Assembly (NCBI GenBank): GCA_030167865.1
Contig: JALAGF010003399.1
Coordinates: 1 to 36,454 of the forward strand
Origin: Craspedostauros australis
Taxonomy: Eukaryota
Direction: 5' to 3'
DNA length: 36,454 nt
The position numbers and the translations under genes are program-made. The notes under the pieces are model-generated. The model was not told the origin of the DNA, did not search any database, and saw only the letters and a program-made list of their open reading frames with translations. Below, piece after piece: positions 33,839 through 36,454 of the stretch. Every line of letters starts with the position of its first letter. Positions within the stretch are counted from its first letter, which is position 1.

Positions 33839-36227
33839 AGATAGGAGGACTATTGGGATGATTGCGAGTGCGAGTGCGAGTGCTGCACTGCCACAACATG
33901 GTCGGAAAGAGAGATGATCTGCTGTTGGGACACACACGCACATCAAGCCATGTGTTTGCGCATCATGTCAGATGTTTCGGACACCCGGTCCAAACCTGCA
34001 ACTGACGAATACAAACCAAATGGCAGATGAGGACACATGGTCGATGCACGGACATGGCGATGATCCATGGTGTGCTTGGACCACTCAGTCCACGGATTCA
34101 TCTGAACAACCACCCAACTACGGATATCAACATCCTGGATAGGGTGCTCGAGATAGCAGTATCACTTCACGCAGAACAAGAGAGTAATGAAGCAAAATCA
34201 TATCCAATTGCATTAACTGAGACGTATCACAAGCTGTGCATGCCATACATGGTGTTGTTTTGCATGCAGGCGATCGATTGGCCATGTTGCACTCGCATGA
34301 GTATGCCTGATCAATGACATCTTGTCGCGATGTTGATGCACCACAATCCTGACCTGATGACACGCCAACAGAGACTTCTTGCTACCGGCATCAACTGGGC
34401 AAGTTGTCGCCCTTGGAATTCCTGGAACGGGAAGGTGGAGGCGGAACTTGGTCCTTCTTCGATTCCTCTGCGACGCGTCGGATGGGAGTGGATGTAAATT
34501 GGGACACGTTCACGATTGTTCGTCCCGAGCTTGAGAGGTATTCTACCTGCGACTTTGATGATCCTCCCACACGTCCGTGCGAGCTATTCGTCCCGCCGCT
34601 GCCGTCTCTCTGTTTGAAACGATTTCATTCGGATGCCTCAGGAACAACACGATCTAACGATCTTGTTGAGGCATGCAAGTGTGCGAAGGCTGTTGGCCCT
34701 CTTCCCATCACTGCCGACGCCTCGATTCGAAAGACATGAAAGATGAACCGCTTGGCATGAAGTTTTGGCTCCTCTACATACTCCACATTCAAAACGTGGC
34801 AATACCAATTCAAACCAAGGAGGACGACTGCCTGTACGAATACACATGATGATGCCGTTCTTCCTCCTCCTCCTCTTTCACTCATCGTACGACTATGTTA
34901 AGATCCCTGGAACGATCTCCCAACGTCTTGCCCCTTGTACCCAAGAGCAAACACTCGCAGATTAGAACGTCCTGGATCACAAGGTGGCGCAAGTTTGGAA
35001 GTTGAACCGTCGAGGCATGATGCTATGCGTTCGTATGTACGATCCATGCATCCTGAAGCCTCACGTCCACGAATTCCTGGCAGTTCCCCGTTACCCAAAG
35101 ATTAGAGCCTCGTATCTTGGTCTTGGTTAGCGCGTTGCAGTTGGATTGTTCCGACGAAAGTCGCCACCTGCCTGTTTGAAACGTGTCAGAATGTGGCAGC
35201 GAGACACGAGCGAACATTGTGAGGTGACAACAAGCGAGAGCAAAAAAGCAGCTTCGTGACGGCGAAGTCGAGCGTGGACTGATGTTGTGGGGCGGATGGC
35301 GATCGCTTGCCTTGCCGCCTGTCGATCTTCTGCATGTCGCAGTGCGTATCACTGAGACATTTGAGAATTTATGCCATGACATCTTGGATCAACATGATAG
35401 CGCATCCCATTGTTCCTGGATGCTCCGTGACCTCTTGCGCAAGCGAAGTTTTTCTGCATTGGGCGGTGTTGTAGTACCGGAACGATGCGTCAGCAGAAAC
35501 ATCATGCGGGTTCGTTTTGGAACTTTGGCTGTTCTCCAATCGTTGTTTCCCTCCATCCACCAGTGAATCGGCCAGTGAGTCAACCAGTTAACAACCAAAC
35601 GAGCCGGCAGACACGCACATCACACACGCACAATGACAGATGAACACGCTGAGGGGGACCTCACATTGATGAACCGCATCGTCATCGTTATCTCTCTGTT
35701 TCTGATGGCTATGTGCTGACAGTACCATCGCAGCGTGTTGTGCGTACGTCCCAAACACGAGGGTGGTTCCAATACAGAACAGAAGTCCAGTGTTCGTATT
35801 GTTGTTGGTTGCTGGATCAGTGGTACAACTGGATGCAGATAAGAGAGGGAGAGGATTAAAAACACCAAGGGGTTGCCAAACCGACCTCCTCATAAAAATA
35901 GGATCATCGCAATCGAACACTGACAGAGCAGATCAGTACTGGCCCACCAAGCGTCATCACTGGGAGGCGCGGTAATGCCATGTGTTGAAATATAATTGCA
36001 TCAACATCAAAATATCGCGAAAAGGCGAGCAAACTGCCATGCCCGATATTTCTATTCATTTCGTGACCTTTAAGTGGATGGAACAACAGAATTTTGCTCC
36101 ATTGTCATACAGTACTGATGTTTGCTGCTTATTTGTATGCGGCGAATTACTGGTTTACTATTTGCTACTGCGTACAAGAGTGTGTGTGTGGCTTGTTTAC
36201 TGTTATATGTATTTCGGTACGATGTCA

Positions 36228-36454
36228 TCAATCCTCTTCCTCGCTGGTGTCCTCGTCGCTGCTGTCCTCTTCCTCGCTGCTGTCCTCGTCGCTGCTGTCC
36301 TCATCATTGCTGCCCTCATCATTGCTGTCCTCGTAGCTGCTGTCCTCGTCATTGCTGTCCTCCTTCATTGGCTCATTCAGGCCGGTCCCCAACAAGTTGT
36401 CTCCAAGTAGGTCGAGGCCGTCGAATTCATCAAATGCGTACTCTGGGAGAGTTG
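36228..36454 (-). CDS. 3' end of a gene extending beyond the window; acidic Asp/Glu/Ser-repeat C-terminus
   Basis: Open minus-strand frame from the window edge: TLPEYAFDEFDGLDLLGDNLLGTGLNEPMKEEDSNDEDSSYEDSNDEGSNDEDSSDEDSSEEEDSSDEDTSEEED-stop (TGA 36230-36228). It is absent from the ORF track. Confidence 0.7.
   Translation of the reverse strand, partial: TLPEYAFDEFDGLDLLGDNLLGTGLNEPMKEDSNDEDSSYEDSNDEGSNDEDSSDEDSSEEEDSSDEDTSEEED
36231..36363 (-). repeat. Coding 15/18-bp tandem repeat (GAGGACAGCA(G/A)YGAY; EDS(S/N)D)
   Basis: About 8 units of gctgtcctc-containing repeat on the plus strand. Confidence 0.85.

Noticed and set aside
35982..36410. Plus-strand hydrophobic ORF (VLVAAVL repeats) resembling a membrane protein
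   Set aside because: It is the antisense reading of the acidic EDSSD repeat on the minus strand.
1..36454. CRISPR arrays, transposons, tRNA/rRNA/snoRNA genes
   Set aside because: The repeats lack unique spacers. I saw no transposase, RT or terminal-repeat signatures and no convincing cloverleaf or C/D-box pair by eye. An Infernal/tRNAscan run would be needed to exclude small RNAs.

Overview
This is eukaryotic nuclear DNA, gene-dense, with GT-AG introns. It is most likely a diatom (inferred): three genes carry bipartite signal-peptide plus ASAFAP-type plastid-targeting presequences (SQAFVP, VFAFAP, ATAFSV). I reconstructed 19 protein-coding genes by hand, including 12 introns of about 170-475 nt. 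In order: GT47/exostosin glycosyltransferase (probably 5'-partial), a C2 + U-box protein, a stand-alone divergent DHFR, a small plastid single-TM protein, an unknown TM protein, an extended cyclophilin, NMD3, an SLC38/AAAP amino-acid transporter, YIF1, RPL18, a RAD51B-like paralog, a COPI-associated/TVP15-like membrane protein, a CsgA-like SDR, an unknown plastid protein with a duplicated domain, plastid GrpE, a protein with an Rrn10-like motif, USP39/SAD1, SPCS1, and the acidic-repeat 3' end of a gene that runs off the window. I recognised no RNA genes, transposons or CRISPR arrays. Most of the window is ordinary housekeeping sequence, and I see no convincing multi-gene novel system. The best leads are a recurrent intergenic 9-mer (TAGTCGTAC, 8 copies), the monofunctional DHFR lacking the folate-binding Arg, the C2/barrel/U-box architecture, two uncharacterised plastid proteins, the Rrn10-like motif and a silacidin-like acidic repeat. 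All family assignments come from motif recognition, not database searches.
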